Positions 11,473 through 25,253 of a stretch of 64,000 bases of DNA are shown one piece after another. Source of the stretch: Eledone cirrhosa. Lineage: Eukaryota. The stretch is taken from assembly GCA_964016885.1 (NCBI GenBank), contig OZ024742.1, positions 270,010,001-270,074,000 of the forward strand. The letters are read 5' to 3'. Under the pieces are notes generated by a model. It was not told the origin of the DNA. It searched no databases and worked only from the letters and a program-made list of their open reading frames with translations. The position numbers and the translations under genes are program-made. Within the stretch, counting starts at the first letter, position 1; each line of letters starts with the position of its first letter.

Positions 11473-12900
11473 TATCTGGGTGATACAAAATAGACTGGCC
11501 CCGGGCTTCTTTTGTGTTACTGTATATTTATTTTCAAACCGATCAATTTCAAATGTCAGGTTAAGGCAGATAAAACGTCTGAAAAGGCAACAAATCTCCA
11601 ATAAGAGCTCCAGGTCATCATTTTCTGTGCGAAAAACCTTTCTAAATGCTGTTCGGACAAGCAGATCTACCAGCAATTTCGTTCATTTTTTAACCGGACA
11701 TACCTCCCTTCAAAGCCCATATACAAAACTGGGTGTATACGTTTGCGACTTATGTGGCAGTGGAAAATCTCAACCATTCTATTAATTCTGAACGATCCAG
11801 GAAGCGTAATCTGAGGGTTATTGGCATGGTCCGAGAATCTGTAGAGTAGAGCCTAAAATAATTGCTCCGCAGCACCCAATCTTTGTGTCTCTCCAGAGAA
11901 ACTTGCCGAAAGATTGTAAATGAGTGTCTTAAAAAGTATCCCTACATAATAATTGTTTCTACTTATGGCACAAGGCCAGCAATTACCCAGTACATTACAG
12001 ATACTTTATTTTATCGACCCCGTAAGAATGAAAGGCACAGTTAACCTCGGCGGGATTTGAATTCAGAATGGCAAGGGCCATAACTCTATGCGTCAAAGCA
12101 TGGCGTCCGACCCTCTACCGATACTGCCAATTCACCGCGATTACATACTAATACAAACAAAACAAAAGCTTACTGTAGCTGATAAGAGCAAGTGGAAAAA
12201 CTGTGCGTGAGAAATTTCTGTCGTGGGCCTCTGATGAAAACATGTTTAATGTAGAGAAGATCGCCTCTCAGAACATTGTCTTCTGTGGTCAGAGAAACTA
12301 ACTGATGAGTCTGCGAAACCACTCCACTGGGCTATATGTGACTTCTGGGTTGCCATTTTTGAGAAATTTGCCTATTATTCTTCAACCAAAAGTGTGTCCC
12401 TATTACAGTCGCAAAACAACTCTATGTGATGGTTTTGAAAGTTTCTAAAAAGAAGCTACAGACAATATACCCATCTCTGATGAATACATTCTAGGACCAA
12501 CAAAACGAAGCAAGTCTTCACTCTTCCAATGAGACGCGAATAAGATTTTAAAAATATCTTTAGAAACCGTGTGAAATGTTTGAAGAGATATTTTAAGTGT
12601 GTCCCGAACATTCCTGATTTAAGCCACCCAGATTACCTTCTTTGGGTTCATTTGAATGATGCACTATATGTCAACAAACTTAGAATCTTCACTGAACTAA
12701 GGAAAAAAACATCAGAGATGAGATCAGAGCCATCCTTAGATATGATTGTAAAGACGTTATGTTAAGCTTCACCACGCGCCTAAAAGATGCATGGATTTAA
12801 ATGAGGATCGCCAGGCACATGAGCTGTAACTTTTCAACACATGAATAATGTGGACAAAAAAGGAGACGAGGCCAGTTTTATCTTAATTAACTTGTGTATA
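11473..12900 (+). mobile_element. Tc1/mariner-superfamily DNA transposon relic, interrupted by a SINE
   Basis: Decayed catalytic motifs WASDENMFNV, QQNEASLH and PNIPDLSHPDYLLWVHLNDALY (cf. SPDLNPLDY.LWG.LK..VY). Imperfect TIRs (actggcc at ~11495 / ggccagt at ~12870). Confidence 0.6.
11948..12139 (-). mobile_element. tRNA-derived SINE (family F)
   Basis: Matches 33586-33780; A-box-like TGGCAGTATCGG and B-box-like GAaTTCAAATCC. Confidence 0.8.
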
Positions 12901-14389
12901 TATAGGGATATATATATATATATGGCATACGGTCATTCATGGTAGGCGTTTGCGTCTTAAATAATCACGGGCATTTAATTTATCAACATGGATGATAAAG
13001 TTAACCTTTATAAAATTTGAAATGCTAATGTAACAGACAGGACTAATTGTCATATGACAATCCCGATGATCGGCTGTCATTTCTTAAGTTGTTAATAGAT
13101 AATTAACTTTTTCTTGAAGAAATTCTCTTTGTTGTATCGATTATTGCCTCGGGTCAGCTCGGATAGGTCAAATATCTAGATTCTAGTAAGGTGAGCTAAT
13201 CTTCTGGTGTAGAGTAAACATATCCCTTGTACCATCTATGCCGTGCCTCTATCTATGGTCATTCAACATGCGTTCATTTGCATCGGCAAATCCCTTGTTT
13301 GAAGCGCTTCAAGAACTACATGTACGAAACTGGCTCATGCTAATGAGGCTATTTCTGCATGATTAGTCGCAATGCTTATTTCATACTGTACAGAATTAAA
13401 GGAAATGTTTGAAATCGAATACAGGAGTATTGCCTTATGTGTATTGTTCTCGTATTTGTAGATGCTGGCGTATCCTGCCGCAACGACCTGCACGGTATAC
13501 TTTCACATTAACTATAGCAGTCATATACAATGGTTGCTCTCTATCTCGTGTAATCAGGGTTATATTAATTTATGCTGCAATTTTATATATAACTATTAAT
13601 TAAATTCATAAGTAATGCTGAAGTTCTGTTTTTTATTATATTATAATAACAGTATTATGTATAAGGGAATGATTAACTCATTTAATGTTATCTTCTATAT
13701 ATATTTAATCTTGTATATATGTTTAATACTGTATATATATATTTACTCTCCCTACATTGGTGTTATCATATCTATGTCATCCAGTGTACAAACATATGTT
13801 AGTTTGTCTGGTTAATGAAAGCTTTTTGACTGCTTATTCTAACATATTTAACGATCAATTTGACATTCAGTTGTAGAAATCTTGTATTTGGCTTTGATTT
13901 TACATTTACATCTTTTTTTTTAATTTTGCATATTCTCAGGCTTTGTTTCTCTGTGGTAATAGTATTTTTGTTTCTATTTCTTTATTGACATTTTCTCTCA
14001 TTTAAAAAATCATTAATATTCTATTTCTTTTGCTTTCAAACAGTCTAAAAATAGTTGACGTGAAATACATTAATGTTATAAAATATATAATTTTTGGGGT
14101 GTCTTTGTCTTCAGATTTTTTGTATAGTTTCAATTTAGCTAATACACACCTTATATTTCTGCATGTATTCCTTTTCCTCGTCTTTCTCATCTTCATATTA
14201 ATCTATTCCGCCTCCAGTAAATTAACACACTTTCATAACCACTAACATCTCATTATTCTCATATTTTCAATTCGACATCTATAATGCGCTTCTTCTTCGT
14301 TTATTTCCTATCGATCTCTATAGTCTTATGTATCACGATAATGGAGACTATCTTCTAATAGCTTCACCTCACACTCGTCTATTTAATGA

Positions 14390-14518
14390 TCTTCTTCTTC
14401 TTCTTCTTCTTCTTCTTCTTCTTCTTCTTCTTCTTCTTCTTTTTCTTCTTCTTCTTCTTCTTCTTCTTCTTCTTCTTCTTCTTCTTCTTCTTCTTCTTCT
14501 TCTTCTTCTTCTTCTTCT
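14390..14518. repeat. (TTC)n microsatellite
   Basis: Directly visible. Confidence 0.97.
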
Positions 14519-14555
14519 ACAGCTGCTACTACTACTTCTTCATTATTATTATAAT

Positions 14556-14666
14556 ATTTGCCTTTCATCCTAACGGGGTCGATAAAAAAAAGTAACAGTA
14601 ACGTACACGGTAATTGCTGGCCTTGTGCCAAAAGTAGAAATAATAATAATAATTATTATTATTATT
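14556..14666 (+). mobile_element. SINE F 3' half with (TAA)/(ATT) tail
   Basis: tttgcctttcatcctaacggggtcgataaa...gctggccttgtgccaaaagtagaaa. Confidence 0.7.
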
Positions 14667-17600
14667 GGTTGGTGAAGCCACGCTTCTTATCGCCTCCAGT
14701 CTTTTTCAACGTTTTACCTCTTTTTCAACCGTTCTAAACCTTTTATTCAAGTTTTAAATTTGATAAAAGTTTAGAAGTGACCCACCTAATACAGGGCTAC
14801 ACTAGTAAATAATACGGCACCCCTTCTTCGTATTTGTCTTATTCGTATTTGTGTAAAAATATTTTTTGAAAAAGTCAACATGGATAACACAAAAAAGAGA
14901 GAGAGCGCTGTCAGACAACACAGAGAGAGGGAGACTTTATCAGCATGTCAACAAGACAGCGTTCCAATGGAGGTAAATATAAATGAAAATATTACAAAGG
15001 AAAAATAGATTGTTACAGATTTAAAATTACCAAATATTTCTAACACAAACAACACCAACAATAACACCAACAACATCACCAACAACAACACCAAAAATAA
15101 CAGCGGTAAAGTCGAGAACGACAATAACAAAAATAACAGCGGTAAGGTCGAGAACGACAATAACAAAAAAAACAGCGGTACGGTCGAGAACGACAATAAC
15201 AATGACAATAACAACAGCCACAACAACAATAATAGTAGGAACAGTATCAACAAAAACAACAATAATAATAACAGCCCCAATAACAGTAACAGCAGCAACA
15301 GTATCAACGAAAACAACACCAAAAACTGTACCAGCGAAAAGAACAACAATGACAACGATACCTGTAATAGCGACCTCAGCACCACCAGTAAGACCAGTAG
15401 CGGCAGCAATATTGGTGCTGCTGAAAAAGGGACCACTTCTTTTGCAGGTGTCGCCCGAAATATCGAGACAGTGTTAGTCACAGAGGAGGAGATGGCAGTC
15501 GCAAGGGCCATGGTGACAAGAAGCGAAAATAGAGTTTCCCTGAAACCTCCACCCGATTTTTTCAAGGACCAGCTGCTACGAACGGTGACTTACCGCACCG
15601 TAAGCAAAATCTCACATCGAGTGGAGAGAGCCACGGAGGCTCAAATCCAAAAGGCCTTGGGGTGCGTCTGGGCACGCAAAACCCACATCACCCGAGGCAG
15701 AAAGTACGCCACAGTAGACGTACTTTTCGCCACCCCCCAGGAAGCAAAGTCTCACTCTTTGGAAACCCTAAAGAGTGAGGAGTTAGTCTTGGTGCCCTCC
15801 TACTGCGGGCAGAAAACTGTGAGGGTCATAGACTTTGAGGAAGGACTCCAACTCCCTATAAGTGTAGAAGGAAGACGGCCAAAATGTTATCTCTGTGGGT
15901 CGAAAGGTCACCTCAGGGCCTTTTGCCCGCAGAAGACACCGAAGAGGGCCCCTCTCCTTCCAATACCTGGTCCGCTGCTACCAAGAGCAGGACAGGAAAC
16001 ACACGAAGAAGCCCCTTCCACGGAGAGTAGGAGGGCAACGTCCGTAGCACCCGTACCAAGGCCACGAATAATTAAAGCAGCATCATCAGTAGCGGCAACA
16101 CCAATAGCTACATTTGAAATAGCTACACCAGCAACAACATTGCCGAAGAGGGCTCCACTACCACCACCAACAGCCGTGGAGCACATACCCCTCCCAGACG
16201 CCACATAATCCGACATGGAGTTTGATGCGGGAGTGACGTGGCAAACAGTCTGCCGCAAAAAAGAAAAAAGAAAAAAACCCTTAGATTCACCCTCCAAAGG
16301 CGAATGCATACAAAGAGGGGTAAAGGCAGCAAGGAAACTTGCAGCAACACCACCACAAACACCAACAACGCTAACACAACAAGACACACACACCAAACAG
16401 CAACAAGAAGAAAGCGGCAACAAAATCACCCCTCCCCAAGAAAAGTACACAGCCATAAACATAGCAAAAAAAGAACTCATAAAATATATAAAGCAGCACA
16501 CAGACATCACGGAAAAAAAACTACTACACCCCACCAACACCAAGAACTCTCCCGACAAACATAAGCATCATCGAAATCTCAATAGAACAATACATACCTT
16601 TAAAACAAAAATTCCCCAACGCACGTGGTCTGGGGTCATCTTGGAAGCAGAGTCACCTGCTCAATGACCTCAGGTCACCAAACATAGATGTGGTGGCCAT
16701 CAGTGAAACCAGAATCTCCGAGGCACGGGCCTTCGCACCGATCTTCGGCGGCTACGATGTATACGCATCTCCCAGCCGTCCAGGATCGGGGGTGGGGTTG
16801 CCGTCCTTTTTCGGAGAGGCTTGGATCTCGCGATACGGGCCATCTTCCTGGACCCAGAAGGTAAGTCGGTGGTGCTGGACGTGACCGGCAGCTAAGGCAA
16901 TGTTTTCAGGCTAGTAGCCGTCTACGCCCCAGCAGGGGCAGGACGGCCTGATTTCTTCAGACGTCTAGAGACCTTTCTTGGAACGTCCCGCTCTTTAGTG
17001 TTAGGGGCGACTGGAACGGTATCTTGGATGCACGCTGGGATCGTGTGGGGCTAGTGGATAGGGGAGGAGGGTGCAAGAGCCTCACCAATCTGCTCAGACG
17101 TGTTGAACAGTCTGACAGATATCGACTGGATCACCCGAATGTGCCAATGTGGGCATGGACAAACCGCATCGGATCATCAAGATCATATCTAGATAGGGTA
17201 TTCTGCAGGAGTTTTACATAAGGCTAGTTTAAGTTGTCCACAATTTAAAATAGTCGACTACACAGACCACAAATTTGTGATCTGTGAGATCGACATAGAC
17301 AGACTTCATAGACAAGGGCCTTGTTACTGGAAGCTGAACGCGTCTTTCCCGGCGGGCAAGGCCTACAGAGACCGGATTAGCGTATTAGTTAAGCGGGCGT
17401 TGACGGGAGCGGTCGTCAACAAGAGGTGGTGGTTCGCCCTGAAAAGGGCAATTAAAGTAGAGTCGATTAGGTTTAGAAAGGAGTAGTGATAGAGGAAAAT
17501 AGAGTAAAGGGAGAGATAGTCAGAAAGCTAGAAGAGGCGTTTAGGACAGGCATCGCAACCGACGTGCTTGCGGCGAGATTGGCACACGACCAATTCTTCA

Positions 17601-20292
17601 ACGCAAAACACGAAGGCTGAGTTGTCAGTGCTAGTGCCCGTGCTCTGATACACGAGGGGACAAAAGCCGTCCAATGGGCCCGGGTGGCAGGGGCGCGACG
17701 TGGCAATAAAGCCACAATTCGGTCTTTGTCTGACCAAAACGGGTGCGTGATGCTCGAACCCGAGCGGATGTGTGAAGCTTTTCAGCATCACTTTGCTGAA
17801 CTGTTCGGGAGCGGCGGCGGCCCGAATCGGGGCATGGACTTCAGTGCATGCCTCGATGGACTGCCTGGGCTCTCGACGACCGCAGCATAGTGTTACGAAA
17901 AGCCAATAACAGCCGGTGAAATACGGGAAGCGATGGCTAACTGCACAAGAGGTAAATCGCCAGGTTTAGATGGTCCCCCCTACGAGCTTTATGCATTTAT
18001 GCCAGACTTGTTCGGTGACCTCTTGGCAGACGTCTACTGCAACTGGCAGCAGAACGGGAGTATTCCCAGTTTTGTGAGCCGGGGAGCAGTATCGCTGCTG
18101 AGAAAAGACCCGAACAAGGGGGATGTTATTGATAATTTCAGGCCCATAACCCTGCTAAACGCAGAGTTCAATATTTTGGCCAAGGTGTTAGCAACGAGGT
18201 TGGCGTTTGTCGTCAAGGGTCTGGTGGGAGAGGCGCAGACATGCACCATCCCGGACAGATCCATACACGACAACCTCCACCTCATGTGATACATCATAGA
18301 GATGGTGGTTAAGGAACCTGGCAAGTGTGGGGCCCTGATCAACTTGGATCAATTCAAAGCATTCGATAGGGTCGACCATCGGTACCTGGCGGCGGTCCTC
18401 GAGGGAGCCAGTTTCGGGCCCGTTTTCAGGCGTTGGATCGCCGCAATGTACAGTGACATCTGCTCAGTTGTGAGGGTGAACGGTGACCTGTCGCAGCTGT
18501 TCAGCAACATGCGCTCAGTCCAGGAGGGTTGTCCCCTCTCGTCCCTCTTATACGTATTGGCTCTCGAGCCGTTACTGCACAAACTGGGGGCGATGAGGGG
18601 CGTCCCACGCGAACTAAGATGCGGGAAATCAGAGTCGGCTTACGCTGACGACGTCACCGTAGTGGTGTCGAGCACCAGACACGTCCAGATGCTCGGCACC
18701 GCTCTCAAGGAATACGAAGCGGTGATAGGAGCAAAGATAAACCAGGAAAAGTCGGTGGGCTTGCAGCTAGGCACCTGGAGAGGCAAGTCCATGCCGTCCG
18801 ACAGCGTCGTGGGGAGTTGGACGGACGGCCGGTTAAACTGATCGGGGTCTGGTTCGGACCGGACCTCCAGATGGAGAAAAACTGGAACGAGGTAACGAGC
18901 AGGGTGGCCTCCCTCTCCCAGAAATGGGCTGAGAGGAAGCTGTCCCTGAAAGGCCGGGCGGAAGTGGCGAATACGTACATCGCATCCGTCATCTGCTACC
19001 GCCTCACCGTCGTCCCTTGCTCCAGACCAACTCTCACCAAAATGGAGCGCCTCCTCTTCCGCTTTTTGTGGAAGCGACTCGCTCCCATGGTCAGACGATC
19101 CATCTGCTGTCAACACCCGTTGCATGGGGGACTGGGCATGCCATGGCTAATGATGCGCAAACATCCGCTGAGGCTGCGACATCTCTGGTGCTTCGTTGAT
19201 GGTGAACGGGTGTGGTCGCCGTTCGCCAGGCACATTTTCCCATAGCTCGTCTCCTTGACGGAGCTGCAATTCTGGGTCAGAAAAAGACCCAGGGATAGCG
19301 CTTGGAAACTGGAATATCTCCAGGCGCTCAGTGCCCTCTCCCAGTTGGGCACCTGTATCGGTGGAACATCCACCTCGGCGTTCTATAGAGGACTAGTGGA
19401 GGGGAAGAGCGACGACGTTCTCGGAGAGATCCTGGGCGTCGAAGAAGATCAGCTGCTTGCTCTCTTCCGGAGAACTTTCAGCCCGGGGCCTATGGATAAA
19501 TTCCAAAAAACCCTGGCCTGGCAGTGCTACCGGGGAGCGCTGCCGGTTCGAGATAAGCTCTACAGGCACGGAAGTGCCGTCAGCCGAGCCTGTCCGAGTG
19601 CGCGCATAGCGACGAAACCGTTGTGCACGCACTCGTTCAGTGCCCGAGCATTGCTGACTTGTGGAGCTATGTCGAACAGTTGCTGTCACGTGTGGGACTG
19701 ATCCGGTTGTCAACTGAGTCCATTGTGCAGATGGTCTCGCCGTCTTCCTTTAAGGAGAAAGGGCAGGCGGTTTTCATCTGCCTGGTGGCCATGGCGAAAG
19801 AGATTGTGTGGTGGACAAGGTTAGAAGGATTAAAGACAAACACTTTCCTCTTCGGTGAATCCCTGATTAACTTTTTCAAGTTTCACTTGAAGAAGAAAAT
19901 CAGGGTGGAGAGGCGAGTGCTGCTTTCTAGCAAGTTTGTTGAAAGGTGGGTGAATGTAGCGAGAATGTTCCGGGTGAACGGGACCACTCTGAATATACGT
20001 CTGTAGTTTGAGAGATGGAAACATTGAGAGAGGGCGCTTGCCCTGGTAGTCAGGGTGGCCGTGGTATTTTGGTGTGGTTTTCGCCACGAGTAACCCTCGG
20101 AGGTTTCCCCCTTTGGGGAATTTTTCATTGATTCAATTTTCATTTTATTGTTTATATATATATATGTTTTATGTCTTTTTTCTTTTCTTATATAAATAAT
20201 AAAAATATTTATACGCACAAAACCCACATCGTACCGTCCTGTTCTGTCTGTGATGTTTTTCTTGATGTCAGCCCCTGTGGCCAATAAAGACA
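14667..20292 (+). mobile_element. Near full-length Tx1-clade (L1 group) LINE, copy 1, inactivated
   Basis: ORF1 (ATG 14880 to 16667, internal stops) has an Asn-rich N-terminus and a CCHC knuckle CYLCGSKGHLRAFC. ORF2 has APE (VAISETR, SYLDRVF, TDH), PCYWKLN, RT (KSPGLDG, NFRPITLLN, KAFDRVDH, QEGCPLS, YADD) and a C-terminal Zn-finger remnant. AATAAA is followed by (ATT)n. Confidence 0.9.
15096..15200 (+). repeat. 36-bp coding minisatellite (x3) in Tx1 ORF1
   Basis: aataacagcggtaaagtcgagaacgacaataacaaa repeated; encodes NNSGKVENDNNK. Confidence 0.8.

Positions 20293-20352
<60 letters not shown>
20293..20352. repeat. (ATT)n microsatellite between the 3' ends of Tx1 and R4/Dong elements
   Basis: Directly visible. 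Confidence 0.95.
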
Positions 20353-20353
<1 letters not shown>

Positions 20354-23300
20354 AGTTGCATTTATCTTGCTTTATGTTTATACGAGTTATCACCAACCAA
20401 ACCTCAAGAGACAACAAGTTCCGCCATGTTCCAGAAAGAACACACACACATGCATCTTTTGGGATGTACTTATATTGACAGAATCTTCCTTAGTATATGG
20501 GCAGCTCCCTTATACTAAGACATCTTTCGTATTTCTCCTATACGCGGGTTTCCTGGGATTTGCGATAAGTAATCATTAGACCACTTAGGTATCATTCCTA
20601 GAGCGCCTACAACCACTGATATCGTTTTAGTTCACAATTTCCACATTTTTCAATTTCTATCTCCAGATCCTTATACTTGCTCAATTTTTAAAATGTTTTT
20701 ATAGATACATTATTGTCTATTGGAACGGACATATCAATTAGCAGGCATACCCTCTTTTTAAAGTCCTTCAGTATTATATCAGGTCTATTTGCATCTATTT
20801 TTCGGTCTGTTTGGATGCTAAAGTTCCACAAGATTGAGATGTGATCTTTTTCAAGTATGGGAGGTGGTTGATGCTCCCACCAATGCTTTTGATGAGCCAG
20901 GTCAAAATGCTTACACATTATCCAATGTATGTATTATGCAGCTCTGTCGTGCCTGTTTAGGTATTCGGTTGGAACTATAGGACTGCACATTGAAATTATA
21001 TGATCAATGGTCTCTGGTTGTTTTTTACATACACGGCATGATATGTTGCCTCCATTTTTTATTATGTTGGCTAGGTAATATTTTGTTGGCAGACACTGAT
21101 CTTGTGCTGATATAATAAGTCCTTCAGTCTCCGATTTCAGTCCACAGGATGCCAACCACTGAGGGTTAATTGTTGGTCAACATCAGGATTGTTAGCTCTT
21201 TCTGGGTATTTTCCATACAGAGGCTTTTCTTGCCATTTCTTAGCCAGATTCTGTAGCAGTTCTTTCTTTGCAGTTACTTTTACCTGCTTTGCTTTTTCTG
21301 TGTTTTTCATTTCAGCAGTAAATGGAACTTCTGCAATGTGTAGTCCATTACTATATCATTATGCATCTTTTGTAATGGGGTATGATCTTTTGATGCTTTC
21401 CTGTTTCAAAACGAGTTTGATCATCCAATCATGTGAATCCCTTAGATATGTAGATAATCCAATTGTTGCAGTTTTCAACGCAATGTCTAACTGGATTAAC
21501 CCACGTCCTCCTTCTTTCCTAGGGAGATATATTCTATCTGTATCTGCCTTGGGTGATGCATTCTGTGCATGGTTAAGAATTTTCTAATATTTGTATCGAG
21601 CCTACGGATCTCTGTGCTTGACTAGTTGATGACATTGTAACTGTAGGTTACTACTGGTATGGCAAGCGTGTTTATGGCATCGATCCTATTCCTTGCATTC
21701 AATTCCGTTCTTAAGATTGCTCTTACTCTGCGGTAATATTCCTTCCTTATCCTTTCCCTCATTGTCGAGTGCTTGATTCCGTCTCCTTCACAAACACCTA
21801 GATATTTCTAAGTTTCCTCTTGATCAAATTCTCTTATCACATTCCCCCGATCAAGATTAATGTCTGAACTTTTCAACAGCTTTTCTCTCGTGAGCGTTGC
21901 TTTGGCGAAATTATCTAGTCCAAACTCCATTTTAATGCCATCACTGAACTGTTCATCCTTTTTTGCAAATAGTTTCAGGTCATCCTTGTAAAACAAGTGA
22001 TTAATGGTTTTGTCATAGATTTATATCCATGTTTTGTTTCATTGAGCATTTTACTTAATGGTATAAGTGCGATGCAGAATAAAAGCGGTGATAAAGAGTC
22101 ACCCTGAACAATTCCACAATTAATATTAACTTCTCCAGCTTCCAGTGATTTTTTTTCACTCTTCAAGATGAGTATCGTTTTCCATGTCTTCATACTGAAT
22201 GGCAGGAACCTGCTCACAATGGGAGACATTTGGAAAATCTCTAAACATTTTTCAATCCAATTGTGTGGCAAACTATCGAATGCTTTTTTGTAATCTATCC
22301 ACGTATTGATAGATTTTTGTGTCTATTATGACAATCTTCCAGTATCATTTTGTTAACCAAAACCAGATCTATACAGCCATATGAGCCTCGTTTACACCCT
22401 TTCTGCTCATTGGGAAATAGATAATTTGTTATCAGGTGATCAGATGTATATTCAGTTAGGACTGATGTTAACATTTGATACATTGTGGCCAAGCAAGTTA
22501 TCGGTCTGTAATTTATGGGATTGTTTGTCTCATCATTCATCGGAAGTAGGAATGTAATGCCGTTAACTAGCCACGATGGTATCTTTCCTGGCTCCTTGAT
22601 CATTTCATTGTAATGTTGGGCTAACAGCTCATGAGTCTCTGGGAAGGTATTTTGTCTTCTCCTGGGGATTTCCATTTGTTGGTTTTTCTAAGAGCCAAAT
22701 GCAACTGTTCAACTGTTATATTTCCCCATATTTGTTCCTCAATTTGAGTTGTATCTTTCATTTGTCTGTCTAACCATGGGGAATGTATATTATGAACTTT
22801 TTCTTCGGCCCAGTTCTTTTCCCAGAATTCTTGCACTTCCTCCTTGGGTGGTATTGATTTAGCAGTTATTGTTGACTTGCCAATTTTTCTGTAGAATTAT
22901 CTTTGGTTGTTTTTGAACATATTATTTTCCTTATATAATCTAGATCGTTTTTCAAAGCGCCTTATACGAGCAGCTTTGGCCGACACTTTTTGCTTGATTA
23001 TTTCTATCAGCATGTCTATGTCACTTGTTGATTTTATACTGTATTTTCTTTACAATTTTCTAAGTTTAGTTTGTTTAACATGTTCACCTACTTTGTAGTT
23101 TGTTAACATTTCTATATCAGATCGCAAAAGGTTTATTTGGCAATTGATGTTCTCTTGCCAAGAAGGTTTCTTGTGGGAATTCCTTTGTTTTTCCTTTTCA
23201 CTCTACATAAGTGAGTGGTGACTTTAGCCGATGCATAATAGAGATGATTTAAATCAGTAATGTTTAGGTTGTTTGTGATGATAATATTTTTGAGAATTAT

Positions 23301-24195
23301 GTTAGTCTTGTGTATTATCTTTGGGTTCTGTTTGTAGTTCTGGATTTTAGGGAGAGTGTCTCGTTCCCCCATGTCTGATTCTTTCATTTTCATCTATTCG
23401 ATCATCATTTCATTCTTCAAGTTGGCAAGTTCATTCTCATTCATTTTTTTATCATTTACGATCTCATTGTTTTCATTTTCAGTTTCATCTTTAACATGCA
23501 CTAGTTCCACTTTTTCGATCCTTTCATTAATTTGTTCTGCTATCAGTGATTCCACCCCATCCCTTGGATTCGAAGTATTACAATTTACCTCGTTTTTACT
23601 GACACACATTTCATTTTCCCTTCGCTGACGGTGCTAATTGCTTGATGTGATCAATTTCTATATCAGTTAGTAACTTTATTTTAACAATATTTCTTCGTAT
23701 ATTGGCTAGTTTGTTACTGTCGATATAGCCTCTGTTTTCGGGATGTTTCTTTTTCCAGTTGATATATGTCTGTTCTGTATTCGATCTATTTGATGGGTAG
23801 TACATGGCAGTGTAGAAATCCTCAAGGACTTCTTTATTGTCTTCCCTTGACCATTTTTCTCTCTCTTTCTTTTGATCTTTTGGTGGTGAGCATGGAAGGC
23901 CAACAGTAGGAGTAATCCGGTTATGAGAGGTCTCCAGCTCCGAATTGCTAGGAAGGTTTGAACCATTAGCTGATTTTTCGCCCCCAGTCTGGTACCTATC
24001 TGAGGGACGCGGCCCTTTTTAATCCGGGTGACGGTGATCCGGTATGAGATTTTATCGTTTGACATTGACTTTATTTTGTTTCGTTTTATCCCTAACCGCC
24101 AAGGGGTAATCAACCAAGACTAGAGGGGGCATCCTACCCTAGAGACACGGCTATTCCACGTCGGCCGCCAATCCGGTATTTCTTGGTCACGGGGT
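20353..24195 (-). mobile_element. R4/Dong-clade non-LTR retrotransposon (RT + CCHC + restriction-like endonuclease), decayed, near full length
   Basis: NKWKSPG, NYRPITCL, EQKGCKRGSYGC, GIVQGDSLSPLLF, ETEGLIISAQDQ, CRVC..ETIDHIIS.C, RHD, ANRPDI..LIDMSVP; single ORF broken by frameshifts. Confidence 0.87.
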
Positions 24196-25197
24196 TTTCT
24201 TTTTTTTTTCCTTTTTTAAATTGTTATTATCATGAGTGGTTCCTTAATGTGAGCACTGCGTGGCTTAAGAATGAAATTATTATTAATAATATAATATACT
24301 TTTTGTTGAAGTTGCCTGTTGTTGTTGTTGACTATATCGGTGGTGGTGGTGCTGAGGCTTTTTCCATTGTTGGTGGGAAATGTGTGAGCCAGCAGTGCCA
24401 TAGTCGTTGCTGTTTGACCGCGTCACTAAGTCAGTCTCTTTATATATTTTGCTAACCTCTCCCTTGTCTAGTGATACCGTCACCTTCCCCTTTCTTAAGT
24501 TAACAGAAGATAGTGGGGTAGCAGTGATGGAGTGGTGGTGGCGGTGATGAGATAGCGGTAGAAATGATGGAGTGGCGGCGGCGGTGACTGTAGTTATGGC
24601 GTTGTCGTTACTGAGTTCTGTTGAATAGACTTTAGTTAGTGTGCGTTTGTTTGATCTGTATATATATGTGGTTTGTCACCACTGTTTAATATACATGTTG
24701 ACATGTTTCCGTAATATTTGAATTGAATTGAAATACAATAATAGTAATTATTCTATAGTTATGGCGTTGTCGTTACTGAGTTCTGTTGAACAGACTTTAG
24801 CTAGTGTGTTTTTGGTTGATCTATAATACAAAGTAGAAATAATAATTATTATTCTGGGATTGGTGGTGGTGGTGAAATTGTCGTTATCTGGCTGTTGTAT
24901 TTAGTGTACACAGAGAGGTGGTGGGATAGGTGGTGTATCTAGATTGTGGTGTTGGTGAAATTCCTGTTAATTGGCTGTTCTATATAGTGTAGACAGAGGG
25001 TTTTTTTTCTTCCATTTATAACCATTTTGGTTTTTAAATATAAAATTTATAATACAAAATTTAATATTTGAGCGATATAAGAGGATATTATGGCTCCGCA
25101 TTTTCTGAGAGCCTTATGCCTGGTGCCTTATGTAACATTTGTACTAAGAATTGTTAATACACAATTGTTTTAAATATGTTAAAAATCAAAAGCTTAC

Positions 25198-25252
<55 letters not shown>

Positions 25253-25253
<1 letters not shown>

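Noticed and set aside
14328-14631. Poly-L/F/E ORFs (also poly-K at 61336 and poly-T/S at 30198)
   Set aside because: Trinucleotide repeats without coding context.
14948-15565. 205-aa hydrophobic minus-strand ORF resembling a membrane protein
   Set aside because: Antisense of the Asn-rich Tx1 ORF1 region.
24589-25000. Short local duplications (also 61994-62100 / 62383-62490)
   Set aside because: Diverged and without recognisable motifs; ordinary slippage or repeat debris.
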